A DNA stretch of 64,000 nt. It comes from a virus (Duplodnaviria > Caudoviricetes). Positions within the stretch are counted from its first letter, which is position 1; the number at the start of each line of letters is the position of its first letter. The notes beneath the pieces were generated by a model that saw only the letters and a list, made by a program, of their open reading frames with translations, made no database searches and was not told the DNA's origin. Positions 50,401-60,000 of the stretch are shown piece by piece. The position numbers were made by a program, and so were the translations under genes. Location: positions 46,014 through 110,013 of the IMG/VR virus record IMGVR_UViG_3300031555_001542; one strand, written 5' to 3'.

Positions 50401-53400
50401 AATATTGATATGTTTGGCGCAAAATATGCAAATGACATATCTAAAGCTTTCATTGAAGCAGAATCAGAGTTAGCAGCAGCAGAATCAAGAGTTGATAAAG
50501 CGAGAAATGGTCTTATTGACACATTACTAGAAGTTCCAGTGTCAAGTAAAAATTATAGTAAACTTACGAGTTCTGGAAAAAATTTCTTAGTTGATTGGAT
50601 TAAAAGCAGTGAAATATTTAAGGTGGACGGAAATGTTGATGAAGAGCAAACAAAAGCAATGCGTGAAACCATCTTAAACATGATGGATATCATTGTTGAT
50701 GATGCCAAAAATATAGAATATGGTGGCGAAAAGTTAACTGCACAAGAGCTTCTTGGAAAAGTCTATAATTTAGATCCATCTTCTGTTGACTATGAAGATT
50801 ATAAAAATCAAATTGATTCTATGCTAACGGCATTTTGGAACACTCTTAGCGACGAACAAAAAAAAGAATATGGATATGAGAATTTAGAGGATTTTAAAAT
50901 TTCTTTAGGATTTGATTTTGTAGTCGAAGATGACGAAGAGTCAGCAATGATTAAGCGATATGCCGAAATTAAGGGAATAACAGAAGATGAAGCAAGAGAG
51001 TATTTTAATTCATTGCCAGCAGTAGTTGTAAAAAGATTATTAAATGTTGATTGGGATACAGTAGATGAAAATAATGTTGACGACACAATTAGCAACGCAA
51101 AAGTCAACCAGTCAAATACTATATCTCCTAAAACTTATTCTGTTTTGGTTGAATCTGTAGAATCCTACAATGACATTCTTACTCAAACATCCGAAATAGC
51201 CGCAGACAATACTGAGGTTACTCAAGAATATAAAGATTCTTTGGACAATCTCGGTATAAGTCAAGAGGAGATTAACAAGTGTTTCGACGATCAACATCCT
51301 CTTATTGTTAAAAATGCAAAGGCCCTTAATCAGCTTGTGAAAGCCGCTAACAAAAATGTTGCAGCAAATGTTAAGATTGCCAAATCTAATGCTCGTCTAG
51401 ATTATTACCAGCTTGTTAAACAACTAGGCGCAACATTAAATGGAACTACAACATTAGATGATGCCACTAGAGAATATATTGATTCAACTCTTAAGCAAAT
51501 TGATGTAGTTGAAAAGGCCATATATCAATATCAACTTTTAGAAGACACATTGCTTGGTACTAGCAATGCTTTTGATAAGTTTGCGAAGGCACAAGAAATT
51601 GACGAGCTTAATACATATGGTGACAGCTATGTTGAAATGGCTCAAGCTATGTACGACGCATTGTACAAAACTGGTCAGGTTGGAACGGAATCATTTTGGG
51701 CATCAGTTGAGGCGCTTGTACCCACTGAGGTTTATCAAGGCTTAACAGAAGATGCTGATAGAATGAAGGCAATTTATGATTATTATAATAAAAATATATT
51801 ACCTTCATTAAGACTTAAAGATGATGAGCTTACTTTTGATCAAGATAGTGCTGAAAATTTCGTTAAAAAGGGATTGAAAAAAGGTGTTTTTGAAGGAAAC
51901 ACTAAGAATTTTGATTTAGTCGAAGGCATGAATCTTGAAAAAGCGGCTGAGTTAATGGAAATGACAGAGACTCAAGCATATGCATTCTTTGCAGAGCTTG
52001 ATAAGTATAATGTTGCTGGAAATGAAAACTCTTTCTTGTCTCAGCTTGATGACAGCCTTGAGGGAAGAATTGCAAACATTACTAATGATGTTGAAGATTT
52101 GAATAGACAAAAACTTGCTCTTCTTGAAGACGGCGGCTATGAAAAGAATAAAGAAGCCATTGACGAGATTAATGCAAAACTTGTTCAAAGCGAAACTGAA
52201 TTAAATAAACTTGGTAAAGAAGCTTATACAACATGGCAACAGTATACACAAAATGATGCTGTAATTGCAGCATTGAGTGAAGTGGAAGATAAAACCGCAC
52301 TGTTAACAGAAGAAGGGGCAAAAAGTCTTGGTCTTGAGTGGGATGAAGTAAAAGGACAAACTGTACAGCAAGCCCTAGACAATTTACTTGCAAAACAGTT
52401 AAAACTTGGAGAGCCAACTGTTTTAACTGCCCAACTTGCTATTGATAATATTGACAGTCAAATCGAAGATCTTAAATCTATATTGTCAGACTCAGAATCC
52501 TTAGAGATGTATGCAAAATTTAATGACCTATCTGTTAATAAAGCAAAAGAGCAAATTGAAACACAAATTCAAAAGCTTGAAGAAGATATGGTTGTAATTT
52601 CTACAACATTTGGAATTGAGCTTAGCGAAGAACAAAAGGCGACTGTGCAAGAAGAGCTTGATGCAGTAGAAACATTTAAAATTAACGATAAAGAGTTCAA
52701 GGTTATAGTTAATGGAACGTCTGATACGATAAAATCTTTACAAGATGTTATAGATACTCAGAAGAAAATAAAAGACCAGACTATTACTTTAACTACTTAT
52801 GATACAACATACAAGCAAACCAAGAAATGGAATCCAAAAACAAAAACATGGGATGAATCTTATGCAAACGGCACAGTTAATATTAACGGTAATGCTTTTG
52901 CTAATGGTTCTTTGGGTGCTCCAAAAACTGAGACTGCTCTTGTTGGAGAACTTGGCCCAGAAATGCTTGTTCGCAATGGTCGTTGGACAACTGTTGGAGA
53001 TAATGGTGCAGAATTTACTCAAGTCAAAAAGGGCGACATAATTTTCAACCATAAGCAAACGGAGCAATTACTAAAAAATGGCCATGTAACAGGCCGTGGA
53101 AAAGCATATGTTTCTGGTACTGCTTACTCTGGCTTGTGGAACCCGGTTAGTCCAAATACTCAACAAAGTAATAAGCCAGGTCGTGATTTTTCAGCTAAAG
53201 GTGATGCGCTATATGGTGCAGCAGACTCTCTTTCAGCAGCAGCTGATGCTATTTCTAAATCTTCAAAAGATGCTTCAGACGAATTCCGTGAAGTATTCGA
53301 TTGGATTGAAGTTCGCTTAGAAGAAATAAACGACGACTTGAATTTGAAAAATGCTCAACTAGAAAATAAAGTTGGTTATAAAGCACAAAATAAGACTGTT

Positions 53401-55755
53401 GATCAAATTATTGATATTAGTCAGGATCTATATGACAACTTAATTGCAGGTGCGGACAAATACTATGAGTTTGCAAATAAGTTGCTTGCAAAAGTACCAG
53501 TAGAATATCGCAAAGCAGCGCAAGATGGTTCTATTGCTATTGAGGCATTTGTAGGAGAGGTGGACGAGAAAACTCTTGAGGCTATCCAAGAGTATCGTGA
53601 ATGGGTGCAAAAAGGTGACGATCTTACAGTCCAAGCAGAAGAAACTCTTACTGAGATTTCTAATCTAGCCAAGCAAGCAATTGACAATATCTCACAGGAC
53701 TTTGAGAATAAAACTTCTTTAAATGATGCTCAAATTTCCCAGCTAGAGGCTTATAACGCATTACTAGAAACAGACAAAGGTTTTGAATCTGAGAAAATTT
53801 ATCAGGCAATAATTAATGCAAACAATAAGAATATCAGCGATCTAAAAGCGAAACGTGATGCAATGCAATCAGAACTGAATGCGAGTGTTGAATCTGGTGA
53901 AATAAAGAAATATTCTCAAGATTGGTATGATGCAGTTAATGCGATTGCTGAAGTTGATACTCAGATTATTGAGCGGAAAACAGACACTGAAGATTATCAA
54001 GATTCAATTAATGAGCTTCATTGGGATAAGTTTGATACATTAATGAGTCAATACGAAATGACGGCTGATGAAATAGATAACCTCATTGACATTATTGGCT
54101 CTAAAGATTTGGTCAACAAAGATACTGCCGAATGGACAGACGAGGGAATAACCTCTCTTGGCTTGTACGCTCAGAAAATGGAAGTTGCAGAGATTCAAGC
54201 GAAAAAGTACGAAGAAGAAATTGAATATCTAAACAAGAACTGGAAGAAGCTTGGTTATACTGAAACGGAGTATGTTGAAAAGCTTGATGAGCTTAAGGAC
54301 GGCCAATATGATGCAATTAAGCTATATAATGACACCAAGGATGCCATTGTTGATCTTAATAAAGAGCGAGTAGATGCAATTAAAGAAGGCATTGAAAAAG
54401 AAATTGAAGCATATGAAGAGCTAATCAATAAGAAAAAAGAAGAGCTAGATGCTGAAAAAGATCTACATGATTTCCAAAAAGGAGTCGCAGACCAACAAAA
54501 AGAAATTGCAGATATTGAAAGAAAATTAGCAGCCCTTTCTGCTGACAATTCTGCATCAGCAAGAGCTAAGCGTGCACAGCTTGAAGCAGAACTCGCAAAG
54601 GCTCAAGCAGAATTACAAGAAACTTACTATGATCGTTCTATTAGTGATCAACAGGATGCACTAGACAAAGAGTTAGAAAACTTCCAAGAAGCAAAAGATA
54701 AAGAAATGGAAGGCTGGGATGAGTACTTAGAAAACACCAATAAAGTCGTAGCCGACAGTCTAGCAACGGTACAAACAAATACAGAAAAAGTTTATGGCAC
54801 TCTTCTAACAATGGGAGAAGAATATAGTTTATCAATAACTGAATCTCTAACATCTCCATGGCAAGATGGTGAAAATGCAATTCAATCTTTCTCTGAAAAG
54901 TTTGGACTCTCTATGAGTGCCACTGTTGACGAGCTAACAAAACTTGAGCAAGAGTTTAAAGAGACTATGCTTGAGATTGAACAAGCTGGTGTTAATTCCG
55001 CCAATTCAGTAAAAGAAAATATGCAAAAATACACCGAAGCTAAAAACCCAGAAAAAGATAATGGTGGAAACTCTGGAGGTGGCAATGGCGGAGGCAGTAA
55101 TTCTGGTGGAAGCTCTTCTGCGGCAGGTCTAGTTTCTAGTTTGTCTGGTAATATTCAATATGGACAAAATGGTTCCAATGTCAAGAAGTTACAACAGGCA
55201 TTAAATGAATTAGGATACGGCAATTCAGGCACTTCAAGTGTGGATGGAATTTTTGGTGCAAAAACCCTAGAAGCAGTTAAAAGGTTCCAAAAAGACATGG
55301 GAATTAAGTCTGATGGCGTTGTTGGCCCAGACACCAAAAAGAAATTCAAATTAAAAGGATATGCAAAAGGCGCTAAGAGCGTAAATAAAGATCAGTGGTC
55401 AATTATTGAAGAGCTTGGTGAAGAGCTTCGACTTATTCCTGATGGCAATGGTCGTTTGGCATATATGAAGAAGGGTACTGGTGTCGTTCCTGCAGATTTA
55501 ACAGCAAATCTAATGGAGTGGGGTAAGCTTGACCCAACTAATATGTTGGAGCAAAATAAACCACAAATTGGAGTAAGCCCAAGTGTTGTTAATAACACTA
55601 CTGAAATTCATATTGATGCATCTGTTGGCGAATTGTTGCATGTTGAGCACCTAGAAGGCAATAATCCTGCAGAAATTAGCAAGATTGTTGATAAGGCATG
55701 GGATAAGCGCATGAAAGAACTTAATGGATATATCCGTAGATACACCAATAGATAA
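41452..55755 (+). CDS. Giant tape measure protein (4767 aa) with N-terminal enzyme-like cargo domains and a C-terminal peptidoglycan-binding domain
   Basis: TP901-type core (EIDLAMTELKKVTD, FNAVGNNFAITS, VGTALKTL) from ~47986; long coiled coils; ALVGELGPE; PG-binding motif VKKLQQALNELGY..VDGIFG..T..AVKRFQ at ~55153-55350. Confidence 0.9.
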   Translation: MAKEVNIDSLADKIADRLLAAKQQAREAGEDVGEEFAKGVVQGIQKHSKDFKTETTKQFEELQKITKRFKSKQSVSTADWNKAFELSKELMKSERYAKNVEEILGDVRATFSGIGEVSGIKNIVKELDKASDRLESVSWSQAGMYFKSRKKPAVEQPKTETPVVQADPAPVVKVEEKKQKAIQETTADLHDQKNAVEDASKAQEKYNQRMSEIKDKYSADIQEQKQRISNQEAWLKYLNGSLDESKFKTTGKKAATDQLRSLTNYMVNGRRNNYANDPGQYPKEMAEVAWMRGYQEAERQGVADSVLRRFDTDARYDFDANLKKLQDEYDMRKKIMDAAYEELKRLYLERDKEAFAAFTDNLMPDGPQSDEENRILSEITEQVAKKTLSYTEAKASLEKSIITLRNMASSEAKVNLQNLVNDLKKTYDAETFDKVFGADLNMFDCFDKIDDAGAKELYDMLIESNKTYQASLVKTIDVQKEFNKQMQDGNILYHAGDLSNPSKTQKTYPLGHVRPSKSSGIFNGFTGLYTTEDVDGFWGNEWSGAPISTIDASQYKLFNARTDELATKAKEFFDSLNGTIYGYIEDFSTGEIKKATDVKSIDELWTDFQEVFKNTNMTFEKFSEFIKKAQSLVFGKNFDFVEGLPDLDEGVVKTGEKSALQGVSKEVFNLDSFQTQLLKMLGFEGIDLRGTKHNGTYTGGTVIFDVKPESIKTTNEKWSDVMASHGYEIDEDDLAREEKRRQLAFDTANAYSQQADSAKEVAAAQKSDYYEMSHKEATDYIFANYDKDLWDRWFLRGEDDARSEIAKKLENDAKLKNAALNQMWHNYKAQTESDISYDDFLNSKIPVYRGERAIDLFGNIGESITKDAASFSLDKRIAKDFAGALDSRIGAVLETYISPKDTLGMPRPKYETESNAETEVLVPMNRIADSPEYLKFKQKLKEKQDIHSSGETSEDVEKTITSYEELCGVVARYNELVKKDIHRTTDEDFEFNDLLNRISSSTENVPLLKLREALNKDGGYDVDKLAGLIDFDKIAAQQKQKDAGKQLQEFIKLSKDILPEEMSIDQQNAYANMLQKIQTEGLSAADAIQELSSALKALNGHQDILEELNDVGPNNKFREYDDTVAVGYDRIQKLQKIRDGGTTGTYSTSSLLRANRDVWDIVKDNKFFSDIPEEGAQRLDKIDEIVQSVATKMLQKVNLTESDLVSQLLNIRNATGGNFRPNGKDIAWSHFATYDDDGNKHEVQKENGITYKVYAAFENIEDLNADIVSSIMSELTKAGFEGRLKTTTGSSHLGDRTGWIASTDQLVVHGSSKKDQEIAYNVLRNMKTPLSYLGGGIDTPDGSFTQTLASDSIEKYVRMQSDARKQSEKSLQDVLDLIDKMAKESGDSDAFNKRHKALINKANDLTSGADYNQLYNQLIENEDKYQQKLQESERLRAERTKQIEEYDIGAMPILDDESIPFEDRERIFTDFANKIMQDEITASEALERLSQAMDELRAKSKDMPDDIIESFGAENEHVAEIVSQLKKLSSIDLTRIFDSVDLRSFLQAFNIDSSNFAAFRKLFEELMQITNAMYNGVDVGNAFNLKMEEITNTIMRLGGNMVDLDDGGYATMMQEFYKHMSNTKVQFNDQIKADYTKDQWRSLYGTYKNRLTSDLTKGIPADSLYHELSGLFPSLFPEGVLSQQDQFKLIFEKLDEARQLQADNWKVLQGFTSSDRNDIQLGVDNMFNQMSDALLADSSATQLNAEADALKEVEQNATKAANAKGKFAQANKKLGDSAASSSEDLDDEADSLEDVNRAAANMPDVSAYDSTQVRVDANGRPYSVSGTATTEMIDGSHVRTTDTYQFDDDNNRWEYLGSVQSTERTREMVQALEEYYQILNRIQKLRLDTSGAIHTEEINKLETDDLARAYQRVCDLGIRVNDIEGQINLSVNQRQALLDVELRARQEMYDVIAKMEDKQATAAEKPYQKTVRDELKKSADIDTNVRLLGEDGASDRLQAQIADYRRLVDELVEMRLQLARNSDLTNDVDFSNRFADTAERAERARAAIEGIFKESQKLSKLGEPVAVSTDKVSDLTNLKSAMIEFANSTLDGEVKINGFNKEGNQMYVTLNNGTGAVKNITVALDGATDKLMAFSTGTSKATNEWEDFKTQAVQGAKNIIGMYVGFQEGVQAFRTGVNYVKEIDLAMTELKKVTDETDASYKQFLDDAGSTSAIIGSTIRDFTEASATFARLGYSLEESSSMAETAIIYKNVADGLDTVEESSESIISTMMAFGIEANDTMSIIDRFNAVGNNFAITSAGIGDALQRSASALFAAGNTLDESVALVTAANSVIQNPEQVGTALKTLALRLRGAKTELEEAGEDVDGMAESTSQLQAKLKALTHGKVDIMLDPDTFKSTTQILREMSAAWEDMTDIERAAALELMGGKRQANILSSVITNFETVEDVITTSMNSAGSAMAENEKWLDSIEGKTYQFTNALQTMWSNMLDSEVIKGFLDFGTDAVQFLDTGAGKVIAFVAALKLAAKFKGFSIKGVVQGLGDTINKITTAQQTLQTLGKTTPIGQGFDLTNVNAYAQAVANLTAKQQANLLASHGLNQEQIRYALTLNQVDDAAMREAMAHVHAASAKQQENAVTAQSIQQKAKELAMSLRTQAATADETRQKELNVVADILENATSEEAIKNNLQEVVTSGSVSAALKAETTSTLGLDTAKKGLLATTKALMIANPVGFWLTVGTTILSLIPIVSGLVDTFTKSADEIKQEATEISQAYSDTVNEINSNLESLGITFDAKSITTLENEFTTLSAGVDRYGNNISLTSDEYERYREICEKIVGINPLIASGYDSATEAIGNNASVLSQLIGLQREQARLAAEEYVNDENLETLTDDSVNDYKDAAADLASTRSSAIAGIRSAINESYSEFVDNKPDYVDSSLDTATNQAKWILEQIGYSSEQALIQAQKYFNTDGMSGTFDSTSFFNQYYQEIKSNIDMFGAKYANDISKAFIEAESELAAAESRVDKARNGLIDTLLEVPVSSKNYSKLTSSGKNFLVDWIKSSEIFKVDGNVDEEQTKAMRETILNMMDIIVDDAKNIEYGGEKLTAQELLGKVYNLDPSSVDYEDYKNQIDSMLTAFWNTLSDEQKKEYGYENLEDFKISLGFDFVVEDDEESAMIKRYAEIKGITEDEAREYFNSLPAVVVKRLLNVDWDTVDENNVDDTISNAKVNQSNTISPKTYSVLVESVESYNDILTQTSEIAADNTEVTQEYKDSLDNLGISQEEINKCFDDQHPLIVKNAKALNQLVKAANKNVAANVKIAKSNARLDYYQLVKQLGATLNGTTTLDDATREYIDSTLKQIDVVEKAIYQYQLLEDTLLGTSNAFDKFAKAQEIDELNTYGDSYVEMAQAMYDALYKTGQVGTESFWASVEALVPTEVYQGLTEDADRMKAIYDYYNKNILPSLRLKDDELTFDQDSAENFVKKGLKKGVFEGNTKNFDLVEGMNLEKAAELMEMTETQAYAFFAELDKYNVAGNENSFLSQLDDSLEGRIANITNDVEDLNRQKLALLEDGGYEKNKEAIDEINAKLVQSETELNKLGKEAYTTWQQYTQNDAVIAALSEVEDKTALLTEEGAKSLGLEWDEVKGQTVQQALDNLLAKQLKLGEPTVLTAQLAIDNIDSQIEDLKSILSDSESLEMYAKFNDLSVNKAKEQIETQIQKLEEDMVVISTTFGIELSEEQKATVQEELDAVETFKINDKEFKVIVNGTSDTIKSLQDVIDTQKKIKDQTITLTTYDTTYKQTKKWNPKTKTWDESYANGTVNINGNAFANGSLGAPKTETALVGELGPEMLVRNGRWTTVGDNGAEFTQVKKGDIIFNHKQTEQLLKNGHVTGRGKAYVSGTAYSGLWNPVSPNTQQSNKPGRDFSAKGDALYGAADSLSAAADAISKSSKDASDEFREVFDWIEVRLEEINDDLNLKNAQLENKVGYKAQNKTVDQIIDISQDLYDNLIAGADKYYEFANKLLAKVPVEYRKAAQDGSIAIEAFVGEVDEKTLEAIQEYREWVQKGDDLTVQAEETLTEISNLAKQAIDNISQDFENKTSLNDAQISQLEAYNALLETDKGFESEKIYQAIINANNKNISDLKAKRDAMQSELNASVESGEIKKYSQDWYDAVNAIAEVDTQIIERKTDTEDYQDSINELHWDKFDTLMSQYEMTADEIDNLIDIIGSKDLVNKDTAEWTDEGITSLGLYAQKMEVAEIQAKKYEEEIEYLNKNWKKLGYTETEYVEKLDELKDGQYDAIKLYNDTKDAIVDLNKERVDAIKEGIEKEIEAYEELINKKKEELDAEKDLHDFQKGVADQQKEIADIERKLAALSADNSASARAKRAQLEAELAKAQAELQETYYDRSISDQQDALDKELENFQEAKDKEMEGWDEYLENTNKVVADSLATVQTNTEKVYGTLLTMGEEYSLSITESLTSPWQDGENAIQSFSEKFGLSMSATVDELTKLEQEFKETMLEIEQAGVNSANSVKENMQKYTEAKNPEKDNGGNSGGGNGGGSNSGGSSSAAGLVSSLSGNIQYGQNGSNVKKLQQALNELGYGNSGTSSVDGIFGAKTLEAVKRFQKDMGIKSDGVVGPDTKKKFKLKGYAKGAKSVNKDQWSIIEELGEELRLIPDGNGRLAYMKKGTGVVPADLTANLMEWGKLDPTNMLEQNKPQIGVSPSVVNNTTEIHIDASVGELLHVEHLEGNNPAEISKIVDKAWDKRMKELNGYIRRYTNR

Positions 55756-55763
55756 ACTTATAA

Positions 55764-55789
55764 TAGAGAGGGTCGAAAGATCCTCTCTA
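55764..55789 (+). terminator. Hairpin after the TMP gene
   Basis: TAGAGAGGGTC-GAAA-GATCCTCTCTA. Confidence 0.55.
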
Positions 55790-55826
55790 ATTGTATTTAA
55801 AATTAATATAGAAAGGATGTGAGACC

Positions 55827-57056
55827 ATGGCATCATATCATACAAGTTTTAATTATTTAGGAGAAAATTCTGCAAAGTTAGGATACATAATTGCAGCATT
55901 TGAACCCGACAATGGTTTTAAGGATACTTTTTTAGGCATGGATCAAATATCCGAAGACTATTATGATGGAACGAAAAAGTTTTTATATGGTACTAGATAC
56001 AACTCTTCAGCCACAATTAATGTAGCACTGGTTAAAATGGATGGCACTGATTGGTCAATTAATGACAATAGAAAGGCTCTTAAGTGGTTGACTGGCGCAC
56101 GTACAGCATCATGGTTAGATTTATGTCAAGGCGACAAGGTAAAATACAGTTTTCTAGGAACGGTAACTTCACCGCAGCAATATAAACTTGATGGTCGTGT
56201 AGTTGGTATATCTTTTGAATTTGCAAGTATTACCCCATGGGCATATTCAGAAGAACAAGTTTTTGACCGATCAATTAATCAAGCGCTATTGATTGATGAT
56301 GACGGAGTGCTAATCAAAGATCCAGTAAATGAAATGTGTGTTAGCGAAGATGGCGTTTTATGTAATGGTGCATCTCCTGGTCCAGGAGCTTGTTTTTGCG
56401 TTACAGACGATGGTGTTTTATATGTTAAAGATTTAATTGTTGCACGAATAGATAATGAAACAGACGATCTGTATAGTTATATTTATTTAGATATTGAGTA
56501 TTTAAATGATACGTGCGAATACCTTGAAATAAGAAATGAAACATTAAACGAGACAACTAGAGTTTATGGTTTAGAAAATAAAGACATAATTTATATTACC
56601 AATAAGCAATTTATTACAGCATACACAAAGGATCAAATTACAGGCGCACTTGTAAATCAAAATAGAATATTCGGTGATAACTTCAATTTTGTTTGGCCAA
56701 GATTGGCTCCTGGCGTTAATAATTTTGTTATTGAGGGAAATGGAAATGGCACAGTAAAGTTTGCTTATAGATACCCAATGAAAGTGGGCGATTGTGCAAT
56801 GGATATTAGTACATATGGAAATGATGCTATTTGTGATTGTTATGAAAATATTCCATCTTACGATACAGTTAGATGGCAAGACATTACAGATACGCCAACG
56901 TCTATTGCTGGCTATGGAATTACAGACGCTTATACAGAAGAAGAGATTGATAAGAAATTGAAAAATATTAATATAAGTGGAGGTTCTGGTACTGGCGGAT
57001 CTGTTGTTATTGACGAAGAAGAATTAAACGAGATGCTTGAAGACATCTTGTCTTAA
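55827..57056 (+). CDS. Distal tail protein (Dit)-like, with insertions
   Basis: Follows the TMP; FNY.GENS..G, PWAYS, FNF.WPRL.PG.N motifs; fibre-like C-terminus (PTSIAGYGITDAYT). Confidence 0.75.
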   Translation: MASYHTSFNYLGENSAKLGYIIAAFEPDNGFKDTFLGMDQISEDYYDGTKKFLYGTRYNSSATINVALVKMDGTDWSINDNRKALKWLTGARTASWLDLCQGDKVKYSFLGTVTSPQQYKLDGRVVGISFEFASITPWAYSEEQVFDRSINQALLIDDDGVLIKDPVNEMCVSEDGVLCNGASPGPGACFCVTDDGVLYVKDLIVARIDNETDDLYSYIYLDIEYLNDTCEYLEIRNETLNETTRVYGLENKDIIYITNKQFITAYTKDQITGALVNQNRIFGDNFNFVWPRLAPGVNNFVIEGNGNGTVKFAYRYPMKVGDCAMDISTYGNDAICDCYENIPSYDTVRWQDITDTPTSIAGYGITDAYTEEEIDKKLKNINISGGSGTGGSVVIDEEELNEMLEDILS

Positions 57057-57089
57057 TTAAATATATAAAAAATGAATGGAGGTGGCGTG

Positions 57090-60000
57090 GTGAGACTACC
57101 CTTTGATATTCTTTCTCAGAATTATGTTCGTCCAAAACTATTTCTTTGCGAAACCGATAAGAAACGTATCTGTGAACTAGAAACAACTAATTTAAGTGGC
57201 TCTTTTAAATTTAATGCGTATAGCGAACTAAATTTTACTGTTGGTAGAACGCATACAAATATGACAACCGGCAAAACACAGATAAATCCATTTTATAATC
57301 ATATAGAAGCGTTGCGATTAGTTTACCTAGAGGGCTTTGGTTACTTTGAAATTCAAGACCCAGAAATTGTTTCGGACGGAATTAAGGAAGTAAAAAACGT
57401 CACTGCGTACGGGCTAGAATATAGATTGTCTCAAAAATATTTAGAAGACTTTAATATTAATACTGGTGAGGCAGATTCGCTAGAGGTTATTGAGGCTGCG
57501 GGAAGTAGGGTAATTCCAATTACGCTTGTCAACTCAATTAACAAAAATTTAAGTTTGACAGATTTGGCACTAGAAAAAGTGTACGACTGGACATGGGGCA
57601 ATATTGACGACTCTCTTAGAACAATGAGTCGTCAATTTGAAATTTCAAGAGCGTCGGTTTATGATTTTATCGTTAAAGACATTTGTGAAAAATTCAACTG
57701 CTATGCTGTATTTGATACAATTGATAATAAAATTAATTTATACGCAGAGGCATTGGTTACTAAATATATAGGAGATGGAGAAAATAATATTTTTATAGTA
57801 TCTCCTGCATATGAAGATGTTGACACAGTAACTATTGATGGCTACAAAACAACTCAATACTCATATTACACAGAAACTGATAAAGATACTGATAAAAAAA
57901 TTGGATATGTTACTTTTCATATACCACCAAAAAACGGAGCGAGAATTGAGATTACAGATGGATCTCAAAAAAAATGGCAAACTGACGTATATGTAACGTT
58001 TGACAATCTAGCTCAAGAAGTTAATGTTAGTTATAGTGCTGAAGATATTAAGACAGTTTTGACTATAAAAGGACAGGATGATTTAGATATTCGTGAAGTC
58101 AATATGGGCATTCCATATATTGTTGACCTTTCATATTATTATACTGTTGATTGGATGGGACAAGATTTATATGATGCTTATACAAAATACTTGCAAACAA
58201 GTAGCGTATCACAATCAAAATACATAGAAAATGCAAAAAAGATGTTGGAAATAACTGGACGTATTACATATGAAACGCAAAGACTATCTTTGCAATACTC
58301 AATAGCTGATAATGTAACTAGCACTACTGTTGGTACTTATTATGTCAGAGGTGGTACGTCACCTGATTATTATTATAGAGAAGTTAAATTGCCAGATGAA
58401 TATAATGCAAATATCGAGCATTATTATATGTTATCTGGCAGTGATTTAGATGAAGAAAAATTTTCCAAATTATATGCTGCGATACAAACATATTTTGCTT
58501 CTGAGGATGATAAAGATATATCAGAAATTGAAAAACTTAAAGACAGCTTTGTTTTTGTAGAAACATATACGATAGAGAATTTAATAGGTGATCTATCTAA
58601 CGCAACAGATTTAGCTCAAAAAGATGCGGCGATTTTAAGTTTCTTTAATGAAATGTGGGATCAACTTGGACGTACTCCACTAGAATCATTATACCTGCAA
58701 CCATATAAAAAAATAGAAACTACAAATACTGAGGCAGGATGGAGCGACATTGCTAATATGAACTACTGGAGCTATTATCCTGTTACATTAGTTATTAAAT
58801 CTCTTGAGGATGAAATTGAAAATCGCAAAGGTATTATTGAAAGTTTCCAGAAGCAGTATGGCGAATTACAATCAGAAAATAATGAAATTTCAAAAAATAC
58901 ATCAATATATAATAATTTTACTCACGAGCAGCTAGTAAGATTAAGCCCATTCTTGCGTGAAGACGAATATACAGATGACAACTTTGTAGAAACAGATTCT
59001 GATACGATTGATATTCTTATGCAGACTAAACAAGAATTATTAGAATGTGGTAAGATTGAATTGGCGAAATTATGCGAACCAAAGCTTTCATTCTCTATGG
59101 ATATGGCTAATATTTACGCCCTTAAAGAATTTGAACCAATTATACATCAATTCCAATTAGGTAATTTAATTAATGTTGCTATTAGAGATGACTACATCAA
59201 GAAAGCAAGACTACTTGCGGTTGATATTAACTTTGATGATTTTTCTGATTTTTCATGCGAATTTGGTGAATTAACTAGCTTAAAAACCCAGTCTAGTATT
59301 CATGCTGATTTATTGGCGAATGCAATAAGTGCAGGTAACTCAGTTGCATCCAGTCAATCATACTGGGAAAAGGGAGCAGATCTTGCGACATCTACTGATT
59401 TAAAAATTCAAAATGGATTATTGGGCGCAATTGACGGTATTTACAATGATGATAAGAGTGTATTAATAGACAACCATGGCATTTTATTAAGGAAGCTTGA
59501 AGACAATGGTGAATATTCACCATATCAGATTTGGCTAACAAACAACAATATTTTAGTGAGTACTGACTCATTTGATAGCGCACAAACTGGTATTGGTGTA
59601 TTTGAAGTTGATGGCAGGGAATTATATGGCGTGCTTGCAAAGGCAGTTCTTGCTGGATATATTGAGTCAAGTGATATAGTTGGCGGAACAATAAATATCA
59701 ACGATACTTTTATGGTTGATCAGTTTGGTAATGTTACGATGAAGGCGAGTTCTATTGATGGATATGTTACATCGGAAGAGTTGTCTTCTGTGGAGAATGG
59801 CTTATCGTCTAGAATTACTGTAACAGAAAATGGAATATCAACTAAAGTATCAAAAGATTCTATCATATCTACAATTAACCAAAGCGCAGAAAGTGTTGCA
59901 ATTGATGCCAATAAAATTTCTTTGGCTGGAAAAACAATTGATTTAACAAGTGATAATATTACTATTGATTCTACATATTTTAGTGTAACAAAAGATGGTA

